Shown in pieces: positions 25,757 through 34,983 of a stretch of DNA of 64,000 nucleotides (position 1 is its first letter; each line of letters starts with the position of its first letter). The position numbers were made by a program, and so were the translations under genes. A model generated the notes under the pieces. That model did no database searches. It had not been told where the DNA came from and worked only from the letters and a program-made list of their open reading frames with translations. This DNA is from Gammaproteobacteria bacterium F7 (GTDB lineage Bacteria > Pseudomonadota > Gammaproteobacteria > Pseudomonadales > IMCC2047): assembly GCA_001593685.1 (NCBI GenBank), contig LUKI01000002.1:16077-80076 (forward strand), written 5' to 3'.

Positions 25757-26797
25757 ATGGACATGACTGACAATATAAAAACAAAAAAGAACCGACTTGA
25801 GTCACTTGATTCATTGAGGGGTATCGCGGCACTGGCCGTTGTACTTTTCCATTACACGATCATTGTCCATCGCTTTGTTCCTGACCTTGAAAGCCCTTTC
25901 ACCTTCGAATATGGTCACTATGGCGTAGAACTGTTTTTCATCATCAGCGGATTCGTTATTTTTATGACGATTACACGCTGTAAAACCGGAATGGATTTTA
26001 TTGTTTCGCGTTTCTCCCGCCTCTATCCAGCCTTTTGGCTTTGTGTATCCCTCACCTTCATTTTGGGCATCAGTTATCCCCTACAAGGCCAGAACTATAG
26101 TTTTTCACAATATTTGATCAACCTGAGCATGGCCCAGGAATATTTAAAACAACCTAATATTGATGGTGTTTATTGGAGCCTGACCTACGAGTTAGGTTTC
26201 TATTTTGCGATTTTTTGTATTTATAAACTCAGATTACTTGGCAAGATCGACTACATCTGCCTTGCTTGGGCAGGCTGTGCGATTCTATTCTATTTCTACT
26301 CAGCCTATATCCCTCACCCGCTCCACTATTTGTTACTCATCAATAAATACGCACACCTTTTTGCCGCGGGAATTTGTTTTTACCAAATCCAAAAAAGTGG
26401 CTTCACCCCACTAAGAGTCCTGACCTTATTAGTTGGAATCAGCGCACAGTTTATCGTTGATGACCTGCTTGGCGGCTTTGTTGTGACTGGCTTCTTTTTA
26501 TTATTCTATTTAGCTGTTAACGAACGACTCCCTTTTTTGAAAAACCGAGTGCTCATATTTTTTGGTTCAATTTCGTACCCCCTCTACCTGCTGCATCAGA
26601 TGATTGGTTTTCAGCTAATTGATTACATTTCACACAGCCTAAACTTTACGATGATGCCGGCTATAATTTTTACAACAATTATCGTTGTACTACTTGCCTC
26701 TATCGTTACCTTTGTTTTTGATAAGCCAACAACCAAACTCATACGCGTTCGTTATAAAAACTGGCAGCTCTCTAACATTGAAAAAAGCGCAGGATAA
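25757..26797 (+). CDS. Acyltransferase family 3 (membrane O-acyltransferase)
   Basis: LDSLRGIAALAVVLFH N-terminus and about 10 TM helices, typical of Acyl_transf_3. Confidence 0.8.
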   Translation: MDMTDNIKTKKNRLESLDSLRGIAALAVVLFHYTIIVHRFVPDLESPFTFEYGHYGVELFFIISGFVIFMTITRCKTGMDFIVSRFSRLYPAFWLCVSLTFILGISYPLQGQNYSFSQYLINLSMAQEYLKQPNIDGVYWSLTYELGFYFAIFCIYKLRLLGKIDYICLAWAGCAILFYFYSAYIPHPLHYLLLINKYAHLFAAGICFYQIQKSGFTPLRVLTLLVGISAQFIVDDLLGGFVVTGFFLLFYLAVNERLPFLKNRVLIFFGSISYPLYLLHQMIGFQLIDYISHSLNFTMMPAIIFTTIIVVLLASIVTFVFDKPTTKLIRVRYKNWQLSNIEKSAG

Positions 26798-27025
26798 GCA
26801 AGAATAGCCGGGAAGTGCCTATGTAAGACGGGGCGTCCACAACTGTCCTAAGGTGCTCACACAAAATGCGACATAGTAGACGTCATTCTAGGTCAGGTGA
26901 CAGCGGGACCATCAATATCGTTAGTGGTGTTTCGATTCAGAGCCCAAGTCCTTCAACACCAGCCTAGTACACACTAATTCTTCAATTAGTGACAACAAAC
27001 TTCAGCCATAAAGAGCTACAAAACC

Positions 27026-28213
27026 GTGACAAACTCAACTCCCTGTTATATCTATCTGCTAAACAGTTTCCCGAACCTTTCGGAAACCTTTATTTCCGAT
27101 GAGATTCACTGTTTATTAAAGCAAGGGGTAGCGATCAAAGTATTTAGCTTACACAAGCCCGACCTTAGCACGGTACATCCCAACGCTAAAGAGATCTTGG
27201 AGTCTGGTGTCGTAGAGTATTTAGACCAGCCAACACCACTGAAAAAGCTGTCATCCCTCCTCCGCTTAATACTGATTAACCCTTCACGACTAGTGTCTCT
27301 TTTAAAACTGGATGTCGCGAGTTGGATAAAATTTGAAGCGCTCGGTTACTTAAGTAAGTTAACCTCCACCCACCCAGCCCATATCCATTGCCATTATGCG
27401 GCCCATTCATCGCAAATTGCCCTGGTGGTTAACCACTGCAAAGACATTCCTTTTTCGATAACCACCCACGGCTACGATGTGTTTTTTGAAGCGCCCGACA
27501 ATTACGACGTCCTAGCAAATTACGCGCAAACCATATTTACAATATCTAACTACAACCGTGAATATTTATTGCAGCATTATCAGCTCAATCCAGCCAAGCT
27601 CATGACCCGTTATTGTGGCGTTGACACCGCCAAGTTTAATACTATGGCATTCAAAGAAATTAACTTAAACGAGCCAATCAACATCCTAACCGTCGCTCGT
27701 TTACATCCTGTCAAAGGTCATAAAATCCTGCTAAAGGCCGCTGCTGAATTAAAAACACAATATTCCTGGCAGTTAAATTTTTGGTTTGCAGGCGATGGTC
27801 CACTACGCAATGAGTTGGAAGCATTAGCTAAACAACTGAACCTAACGGAGCACGTGCACTTTCTTGGAAACCAGTCACAGGATCAGGTAAGAGAGCTCAT
27901 CAACAACAGTCATCTGTTTGTACTACCCAGTCTTTCCGAAGGGATTCCTATCTCACTCATGGAGGCGATGGCTGGCAATACACCCGTCATTGGGCCTAAC
28001 ATTAACGGTGTCCCAGAACTCATCCAAAATAAAAAAGAGGGCCTTCTATTTGAGCCCGGTAATGTTGCCAGCTTAACTGATTCAATTTGTGAGATAATCA
28101 AAAATCATAAGCAGCTGAACACGATAACAACAAATGCACGCCTCAAAGTAGAATCAGTTTTTTCTCTAGAAAAAAATACATTGGAAAAGTTTTCCCAGTA
28201 TTCAAACCAATAA
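27026..28213 (+). CDS. Glycosyltransferase family 4 (WcaL-like)
   Basis: N-terminal YLLNSFPNLSETFI motif. The C-terminal PSLSEGIPISLMEAMAGNTPVIG is the GT4 EX7E region. GTG start. Confidence 0.8.
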   Translation: MTNSTPCYIYLLNSFPNLSETFISDEIHCLLKQGVAIKVFSLHKPDLSTVHPNAKEILESGVVEYLDQPTPLKKLSSLLRLILINPSRLVSLLKLDVASWIKFEALGYLSKLTSTHPAHIHCHYAAHSSQIALVVNHCKDIPFSITTHGYDVFFEAPDNYDVLANYAQTIFTISNYNREYLLQHYQLNPAKLMTRYCGVDTAKFNTMAFKEINLNEPINILTVARLHPVKGHKILLKAAAELKTQYSWQLNFWFAGDGPLRNELEALAKQLNLTEHVHFLGNQSQDQVRELINNSHLFVLPSLSEGIPISLMEAMAGNTPVIGPNINGVPELIQNKKEGLLFEPGNVASLTDSICEIIKNHKQLNTITTNARLKVESVFSLEKNTLEKFSQYSNQ

Positions 28214-28241
28214 AAATAACAACCAGAAAGGACTGCTAATC

Positions 28242-29438
28242 ATGAAAGTCGCTTTATTGGTAAACGAGTTTTTTACTAATGAACTTCACCTATACAATGG
28301 GTTTGGTGGTTACGGCATTATCGCTAGAAACTATGTAACTGAGTTTACTCCCTGTGAAGATATACATATTGAGACCATTATTGGCGTCAATAATAAGCCT
28401 CTGGCTCAAGAAAAAATTCTTGATGACAATAAAAAAGTTATCTTTTTCCCTGCCCGTCCTTCAGGGTTAAATATCAAATCAGCAATTAATTGGCTGGCAG
28501 AAAAAGTATCTAAAAACCCAGACCTATCAACCCGAAAATTTATCAATGAATATGATTATGACGGTTATCTCAGTCTTGAAATGCAAGGTGTTTCCTATGA
28601 GATCTTGAAAGCTGACCCTCACAGAAAGGTGATTTTGTGGCTTCAAGATCCAAGGCCTGAAAGTGACTGGGATGAACTCGATTCAATGTCTATTCCCCAA
28701 TCAGGTTACCGTCCAACAGAAAAAGTCCGACGTTTGGCTCGTAAGCTCCAAGACCAAAACCGATTAACCGTTATTAGCCAGGGTAAATTTTTAAATGCCA
28801 AGGGGCGTGAATTCTATCAACTCGATGACTCAATCGAAATCACCTATGTTCCCAATCCAATTTCAGTTGATTCGCACTTCGATATTGAAAAGCAGGACAA
28901 AGAAAACGCAATTGTTTTTCTAGGTCGGCTCGACTCAGTAAAAAGACCCTGGCTATATTTTGAAATTGCCAAAAATCTTCCTAACTATATATTTTATGTC
29001 TGCGGTCAATCGCACGAGCAAGATTTAGAAGAAGTCAAAGCTAAATATGCCGACATTCCAAACTTAAAATTTATGGGGCACGTGGATGGCGAAGAGAAAA
29101 TCAACCTTCTCAAAAAAGCAAAAATTCTAGTCAACACCTCTATACATGAAGCTGTCCCTGTATCCTTTCTTGAAGCTCTATCCTACGGGTGCCTTCTGGT
29201 CAGTTGTCAAAACCCTGATGACATGACTAGTAACTATGGCATAGCCATTGATCAAGTTTGGGGAGATGGTTATGAAATGGTCGAGCCTTTTTCACAAGCG
29301 GTTGAAACACTCATGGAAAATGATTCTTTTCGTAAAGAGAAAGCACAAAAGGCGGTAAGCTACATCCGAGACGTCCACTCAATTGAAAGCTTTACAAACA
29401 ATATGCGTAGAATAATTCGAAAAACATTCCAAAACTAA
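28242..29438 (+). CDS. Glycosyltransferase (GT-B, GT4-like)
   Basis: The C-terminal NTSIHEAVPVSFLEALSYGCLLVS is an EX7E-type motif. The gene is very AT-rich. Confidence 0.7.
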   Translation: MKVALLVNEFFTNELHLYNGFGGYGIIARNYVTEFTPCEDIHIETIIGVNNKPLAQEKILDDNKKVIFFPARPSGLNIKSAINWLAEKVSKNPDLSTRKFINEYDYDGYLSLEMQGVSYEILKADPHRKVILWLQDPRPESDWDELDSMSIPQSGYRPTEKVRRLARKLQDQNRLTVISQGKFLNAKGREFYQLDDSIEITYVPNPISVDSHFDIEKQDKENAIVFLGRLDSVKRPWLYFEIAKNLPNYIFYVCGQSHEQDLEEVKAKYADIPNLKFMGHVDGEEKINLLKKAKILVNTSIHEAVPVSFLEALSYGCLLVSCQNPDDMTSNYGIAIDQVWGDGYEMVEPFSQAVETLMENDSFRKEKAQKAVSYIRDVHSIESFTNNMRRIIRKTFQN

Positions 29439-29504
29439 AGATAGCTATACAGGCATTAAGATACTCTAGCTAGAGTGACTTAATTAAAAATCGAGGGATT
29501 GATC

Positions 29505-30245
29505 ATGCTGAAGAAATCTATCAAAAGCTTTTTGTTATTTTTAACTGCGCCTATAAGATTCGCAGTTCGATATGAACTTTATAATACCGCTTCAGTTCGC
29601 CGCGATGTTAATCAAGCGCTGAGTCAACGTGATATAAACCAGGTTCTCTTAAAGAAAGCTCTGGAAAGTACGGCCGACTATGTTGCAAAAGAAATGGCGC
29701 ATGTCGACTCAGTAACTTCGAAATTTGACTTGCTTACCCTGGCAGTTGATAAGGCCAATCTAGCCAATAAGTTAATCTGTGAATTTGGTGTTTACTCTGG
29801 CCATACAATCAACCACATAGCATCACTGACTGACGAGATAGTTTTCGGCTTTGATTCATTTGAAGGATTACCAGAGCGTTGGCGTGATGGTTTTGAAAAA
29901 GGGCACTTTAAGAAAGACGGTTTACCAAGTACCCGAGAGAATGTAGAACTAATTGTCGGTTGGTTCGATGAAACACTACCTAAATTTATCGAAGAACATC
30001 CAAAGCCGGTTGGTTTTCTTCACATTGATTGTGACCTTTACTCATCAACAAAAACAATTTTTGATCTGCTCACGCCATACATTCAGCCTGGATGCGTCAT
30101 TGTTTTTGATGAGTATTTTAACTACCCCGGATGGGAGGAAGGTGAGTTTAAAGCGCTACACGAATTTTTAAGAAAAACTGGATTAAACTATGACTATTTA
30201 GGTTTTAACCGCCTAAGTGAACAAGTGGCCATCATTATTAAATAG
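29505..30245 (+). CDS. Class I SAM-dependent methyltransferase, TylF/MycF (macrocin O-methyltransferase)-like
   Basis: EFGVYSG, FDSFEGLP and LHIDCDLYSST motifs typical of the TylF family. ATG 29505 lies 6 nt after GAGGGA. Confidence 0.75.
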   Translation: MLKKSIKSFLLFLTAPIRFAVRYELYNTASVRRDVNQALSQRDINQVLLKKALESTADYVAKEMAHVDSVTSKFDLLTLAVDKANLANKLICEFGVYSGHTINHIASLTDEIVFGFDSFEGLPERWRDGFEKGHFKKDGLPSTRENVELIVGWFDETLPKFIEEHPKPVGFLHIDCDLYSSTKTIFDLLTPYIQPGCVIVFDEYFNYPGWEEGEFKALHEFLRKTGLNYDYLGFNRLSEQVAIIIK

Positions 30246-30261
30246 CTACCCCTCTGAAAAC

Positions 30262-31272
30262 TTAATTATTAGACACTTTCTCTTTAATAATCTTAAACGG
30301 AAAAACCAATAACAAAGGCAATACTGAAGGCACCATTTTCAAGATGTCTGCCAGCAAGTGCATAGGAACCGGTTTAAAATGTCCAATCCTATGCACCAAA
30401 TCACGCACTACGGACTCTTTCAAATTACGAATGGTTTTCCTATTCGCGGCCAATAAATCAGCAGGCAAATGATAAAAGCGCTCCACCGATGTCCAAATAA
30501 ATAACTCATTTCGAATACGTTGCAGAGACTTATCGGTTCCCCAACCAGACCCCGAATAAATATTAATTCCCGTACCACAATGGCAGTGTATCTGTGTCGA
30601 AAAGCACCATTTAGCACCTTGATCACTCAAATCCATCCAAAAGAAAAAGTCCTGCCCATTATAAAACTCTTCACGGAAACGCAATTTTGGGAAGGTCCTA
30701 TATCGATAAACGGCATTTGAAGTCCCAATAACACCGCCACCATCAGCAACAATATGGTCAATCATCGAAATATTCATTCCGAATATTTCTCTACTTTCAT
30801 CAAGTAATTGATGCTCAGTCACTTTCAAGGTGCCAATACGGGTGAAGTTACTAATGTCCTTATATAGCGCGGCAAAATGATCTGAAAAATAGGCATCAAA
30901 CCCCATTTCAAGTGCTGTCACCGCGTTTTCAAGATGCTCAGGCACCCATTCATCATCTGAATCTAGAAAAGCAACGTACTCGATACCTTCCGGAAGGTTA
31001 TTTAATGCCCTATTTCTAGCACTACCGGCACCGCCATTAGGCTGTTCAATTAGAAGAATTGAGCTCTGTTCTTTAACATCAAGCACCTCCACTTCCTGTC
31101 GAGCTGGCAGTGGCGAACCGTCATCAACGATAACCACCACTAATCTATCGGCAATTGTTTGGCTTAGTGCCGATCGAATCGCTTTTGTTAAAACACCCAC
31201 ACTTTTTTGATAAAAAGGTACAACAACCGCAATATCTACAGCCGCCACTTTGTCAGTTTGCTTATTTTCCAT
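30262..31272 (-). CDS. Glycosyltransferase family 2
   Basis: VVVPFYQ..., VVIVDDGSP and FLDSDDEW (DXD) motifs. Confidence 0.85.
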   Translation of the reverse strand: MENKQTDKVAAVDIAVVVPFYQKSVGVLTKAIRSALSQTIADRLVVVIVDDGSPLPARQEVEVLDVKEQSSILLIEQPNGGAGSARNRALNNLPEGIEYVAFLDSDDEWVPEHLENAVTALEMGFDAYFSDHFAALYKDISNFTRIGTLKVTEHQLLDESREIFGMNISMIDHIVADGGGVIGTSNAVYRYRTFPKLRFREEFYNGQDFFFWMDLSDQGAKWCFSTQIHCHCGTGINIYSGSGWGTDKSLQRIRNELFIWTSVERFYHLPADLLAANRKTIRNLKESVVRDLVHRIGHFKPVPMHLLADILKMVPSVLPLLLVFPFKIIKEKVSNN

Positions 31273-31469
31273 TTCTGTCCAAAGGTTAAAATTTATATGG
31301 CTCAGCCAAAGTAAATGATGGCTTATTTATGCTTGGCGCTAAGTTAACACGCCACAACCATTATTTGGGGATTGAGAGCTACTTTTTTAGCTATCCGTCG
31401 GGCAGCTCAAAGGTTTTATGCTAAAGTTCACGGATAACATTTCAACCACCTTTTTCACAGCGATCTTTC

Positions 31470-32927
31470 ATGACATCTATTCGAAAATCTCTTTTTTGGT
31501 CACTGTGTGAAAGGCATCTCAGCCAAGTTATCACTCTAATAAGCTCAATGATTCTTGCCCGGCTACTAACGCCGGAAGAAATTGGTATATTCTCTCTTTG
31601 TGCGGCTTTCCTTGCTATCGCCAGTATTTTCAGAGATTTTGGCGTCAGCGAATACATAATTCAGGAAAAAGACCTAACAAAAGAAAAACTTAGTGGTGCC
31701 TTTGCTCTAACGGCTATTTCAGCCTGGAGCATGGCATTACTTCTTTATTTGGCTCGCCCGGCAATTGCAGACTTTTATAACGAACCAGCCCTGACCGACA
31801 TACTGAATATTCTTTGTATCAACTTTTTAATTCTACCTTTAGCCTCACCCGCCTTTGCTGTTTTAAACCGGGAAATGGCATTTCGCAGTATTTTTATTAT
31901 CCAGTTAAGTACCACCGCCGTGCATGCCATCGTTGCGGTAGGTCTAGCTATGCAAGGCCACAGCTACATGAGCCTGGCTTGGGCATCGCTTTTAAGTATT
32001 GTGGCGCAAACACTTATCATCACTTTTTTCCGTCCAAAATATTCAATGATTTTACCTAACCCCAGATATATGTCTCATGTCTGGAAATTTGGCCTGATGT
32101 TCAGCTCATCACGCACCATTGAAGTAGTGATGAACAATTCCCACGAATTTATTATTGGTCGGCAATTTGGCTTTGAAGCATTGGGCTTGTTCAGCCGAGC
32201 ATTGGGGTTAATCAACTTATTCTGGCAGAACGTCACCTCAGCGATTACAAGGGTGGCTGCCCCTGCTTTTGCCTCAACACATCGTCAATCAACGGAGGAT
32301 TTACAGTTCCTCTATAAAAAGTCCGTTTCAATTTTTACCGTTATTGCCTGGCCATTTTTCTGTTTCGCCATTTTTGAATCGAAAGGCATTATTCTGCTGT
32401 TGTTTGGTGATCAGTGGCTTGCAGCTGCCCCTATCACTTCTATCATGGCAACTGGCACGCTCATTGGATCAGTGTGTGCTCTAGCGCCCAACGTACTAAT
32501 AGCAACCGGGCAAGTAAAACGACGGTTACACATTAGTCTAATGGTAGCCCCTGTACATATTGTTGGTGTTACCATCGCTTCATTTTTCGATTTATGGGCG
32601 ATTGCTTCTGTTTGGATTTTTGGGTCCGTATTTGCCCTCGCCCTCTACAATTATCATCTATCTAAAACCATTGGTTTTAGTTATCGACAAATCATAGAAA
32701 GCGCGAAAGAAAGCGCGCTAGTAGCCTTAGTATGCACCGCAGTATTGCTCGTAGTCACCCAAGCTTTAAATACAACCGGCATGAATGCCTTGATCATGTT
32801 ACCTATCAAGGCATTTTTCTTTAGCCTAGTTTGGCTATTCGCTATCTATATATTCAAACACCCAATTCGGTCAGAAATTGATGACCTGTTGGCACAGGTG
32901 AAAGACAAACTTGCTAAGAAGACTTAA
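31470..32927 (+). CDS. Polysaccharide flippase (Wzx / MOP superfamily)
   Basis: 485 aa with about 12-14 TM helices. The N-terminus ...LISSMILARLLTPEEIGIFSL is typical of the polysaccharide biosynthesis protein family. Confidence 0.8.
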   Translation: MTSIRKSLFWSLCERHLSQVITLISSMILARLLTPEEIGIFSLCAAFLAIASIFRDFGVSEYIIQEKDLTKEKLSGAFALTAISAWSMALLLYLARPAIADFYNEPALTDILNILCINFLILPLASPAFAVLNREMAFRSIFIIQLSTTAVHAIVAVGLAMQGHSYMSLAWASLLSIVAQTLIITFFRPKYSMILPNPRYMSHVWKFGLMFSSSRTIEVVMNNSHEFIIGRQFGFEALGLFSRALGLINLFWQNVTSAITRVAAPAFASTHRQSTEDLQFLYKKSVSIFTVIAWPFFCFAIFESKGIILLLFGDQWLAAAPITSIMATGTLIGSVCALAPNVLIATGQVKRRLHISLMVAPVHIVGVTIASFFDLWAIASVWIFGSVFALALYNYHLSKTIGFSYRQIIESAKESALVALVCTAVLLVVTQALNTTGMNALIMLPIKAFFFSLVWLFAIYIFKHPIRSEIDDLLAQVKDKLAKKT

Positions 32928-33819
32928 TCCTGGAAACAAACTCGTAAGTACAATCAATCACCTCATCCATTGACGACCTTTTAGAAAACGTATGATCCGC
33001 TTCAGGTAGCGTTTTTTGGTGACAATTTTGGCTTTTCGTAATCTTCCGCCAACGCTTCTCAGCGTTAATAACATCTAAAAATTCAGCGGCAGTCAGGTCG
33101 TTACCGCTTATTATCAAGAGCACAGAATTAGGAAAGCTTTTCAAACTCTGATAAAAACGGTCCGGCAACGATAAATTATTTAACCCTGCTGGTAGCTCAG
33201 CATTGTGCTCAAGAACAGGGCTCTCTGATTTAGTCTGGGTATTAAAAGACTTCTGACACAGCGACATTAATGATCGCAGAGAACCACTTAAATCAAATTT
33301 TCCTGACACTAGTTTTGACCAAAACTCCTTGTTCATTAGGCGGCTCAAATAATAGTGTTTTAGGTATGCTTTGGCTTCACCCTGCTCAGTTCTAATCCAA
33401 GGATTAGCCAACACCAGTGCCACAACACGCGGGTCACTCGGCGCATAAAAACTTGCGGCAGAAGCGCCATCACAGAGCCCCCAAATAACGACTTCTTTTA
33501 TCGTAGGAACCAGTTCGAAAAAGGTATTTATTGCGGCATGAATATCTTCATCAATATTTTCAAAACCAGGGAATTCACCCTCACTGTCGCCCATACCACG
33601 GCAATCAAAACGGAAGACAGGTATACCCTGAGCAGCCAGTCCTCTAGCGAGCAATAAAAACTGGCGATGACTTCCAACTCGATACTGAGGCCCGCCAACA
33701 ACAATGACAACACCACGGTTTGAATCACTTTCAGCTGAATGAGCAACACCCATCAGCTGTTTATTACTACAACTGAAAATAACAGGTGTTTCGTCAAGTG
33801 AAGAGGCGCTATTAGTCAT
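32914..33819 (-). CDS. Alpha/beta-hydrolase, 'hydrolase 1, exosortase A system-associated' type, with Cys at the nucleophile elbow
   Basis: GGPQYRVGSHRQF...FRFDCRGMGDSEG. The nucleophile elbow reads G-L-C-D-G (Cys116, nt 33472-33474) instead of GxSxG. The 1-versus-2 assignment is from memory of TIGR03100/03101. Confidence 0.7.
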   Translation of the reverse strand: MTNSASSLDETPVIFSCSNKQLMGVAHSAESDSNRGVVIVVGGPQYRVGSHRQFLLLARGLAAQGIPVFRFDCRGMGDSEGEFPGFENIDEDIHAAINTFFELVPTIKEVVIWGLCDGASAASFYAPSDPRVVALVLANPWIRTEQGEAKAYLKHYYLSRLMNKEFWSKLVSGKFDLSGSLRSLMSLCQKSFNTQTKSESPVLEHNAELPAGLNNLSLPDRFYQSLKSFPNSVLLIISGNDLTAAEFLDVINAEKRWRKITKSQNCHQKTLPEADHTFSKRSSMDEVIDCTYEFVSRIKSS

Positions 33820-33826
33820 ACTTGGA

Positions 33827-34636
33827 CTACTCAGAAAATAATGACGTTGTTTGGGAAATTAAATTTTCAGCCCATACTATTTCTTGATTAGACCAAAACT
33901 GCTTTCCCTCTACAGCTTCAGATTTAATGGCCAAGCTATGAGCGTCTTTCCATTCTGAAAGCTGTTTCTGGGAAGGTATTGCTAATTCTTTTTTTGTTCC
34001 CGTTACTTCCAGCCAATACAGCCCTTTCAAGTCTTCAGGCAATGACATTGACTTCATGCTACTTTGGGCAATTCCAGCAAACAGTTCTGGTGATAAATCA
34101 TAACCAGCTATTTCAAGCGGAGTACCATCATCCAACTGAGCTTTGAGAGATTTTACAGTTTCCTTTTCACCGCCGCCCATCATGTTGGCTGCAAGTCTCA
34201 AACGCAGAAACTGCTGCGAGAACAGCTCCCCGTTAATCACGGGTTGCCAAAATAACAGCTGTTTAACAGCCGGATTAGCAGGCACGCAGGATAGCGCTAA
34301 AAGCGCTCCAAGCCGTAAACCCCATAACGTAATATCTTTATATTCACGACGCTGTAACCAGTCGACCAATAAGCCAATATCCCGCTGCCAAATATGCCAC
34401 CTAGCCTCGACAAACTCACCTTCGCTATCACCAGTCCCAAATAAATCAGCCAGCAGTACTCCATAACCACACTGAGCTAATTCTCGTGCCTGTTGAACCA
34501 CCATGTGGCGAGACTTATTCATCTCTTCGGCAAAAGCTGGCATATGAAGAACAGCGCCTTTGTTTTGACTACCTTGAGCAGGAAAATAAAGACAAAACAA
34601 TTTGCCTGCACAGCCGTCGAAAAAGAATGGTTGCAT
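33827..34636 (-). CDS. Alpha/beta-hydrolase-fold protein, 'hydrolase 2, exosortase A system-associated' type, elbow lacks Ser
   Basis: PAFAEEMNKSRHM...DLFGTGDSEGEF. The nucleophile-elbow position reads G-L-R-L-G (Arg in place of Ser). Confidence 0.7.
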   Translation of the reverse strand: MQPFFFDGCAGKLFCLYFPAQGSQNKGAVLHMPAFAEEMNKSRHMVVQQARELAQCGYGVLLADLFGTGDSEGEFVEARWHIWQRDIGLLVDWLQRREYKDITLWGLRLGALLALSCVPANPAVKQLLFWQPVINGELFSQQFLRLRLAANMMGGGEKETVKSLKAQLDDGTPLEIAGYDLSPELFAGIAQSSMKSMSLPEDLKGLYWLEVTGTKKELAIPSQKQLSEWKDAHSLAIKSEAVEGKQFWSNQEIVWAENLISQTTSLFSE

Positions 34637-34647
34637 CGTTAAGCAGA

Positions 34648-34887
34648 TCAGACTTTTGAGTTCACAAATTCCGCTAAACTACCGACAGTTTCAAAAATCG
34701 AAGCATCGATTTCATCATCGTCAACCATAAAACCATAACGCTCTTCCAACGCTGTCAATACAGAGACAACAGCCATTGAATCAAACTCTGGAATAGCACC
34801 GAGTACAGCGGAGCTTTCATCTAAATCGCCTTCAGGCAAGCTTAATGTATCGGCTAAGACTTCAATGACATCATTTTCGACAGACAT
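34648..34887 (-). CDS. Acyl carrier protein
   Basis: 79 aa and acidic, with a phosphopantetheine-site motif FDSMAVV. Start placed at ATG 34887, preceded by AAGGAA; the ORF-track start is 12 codons upstream. Confidence 0.8.
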   Translation of the reverse strand: MSVENDVIEVLADTLSLPEGDLDESSAVLGAIPEFDSMAVVSVLTALEERYGFMVDDDEIDASIFETVGSLAEFVNSKV

Positions 34888-34983
34888 AAAACAAATTCCT
34901 TGCAGTGCTAATAATAGCGACAATATTTAAATCATTTTTTAGAAATTAAATTATACTTAGCCACATATAAATTTTGCGACGGG

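Noticed and set aside
26915-26950. tRNA-like fragment (TTCGATTC resembling a T-loop) as a possible integration-site remnant
   Set aside because: The flanking 5-nt arms (GGTGT / CAGAG) are not complementary, and no acceptor stem or integrase is nearby.
29463-29476. 14-bp perfect palindrome ACTCTAGCTAGAGT between a GT gene and the methyltransferase gene
   Set aside because: It is short and AT-balanced, with no adjoining T-tract, so it is not a convincing terminator. It matches no known operator. Too little evidence to call a feature.
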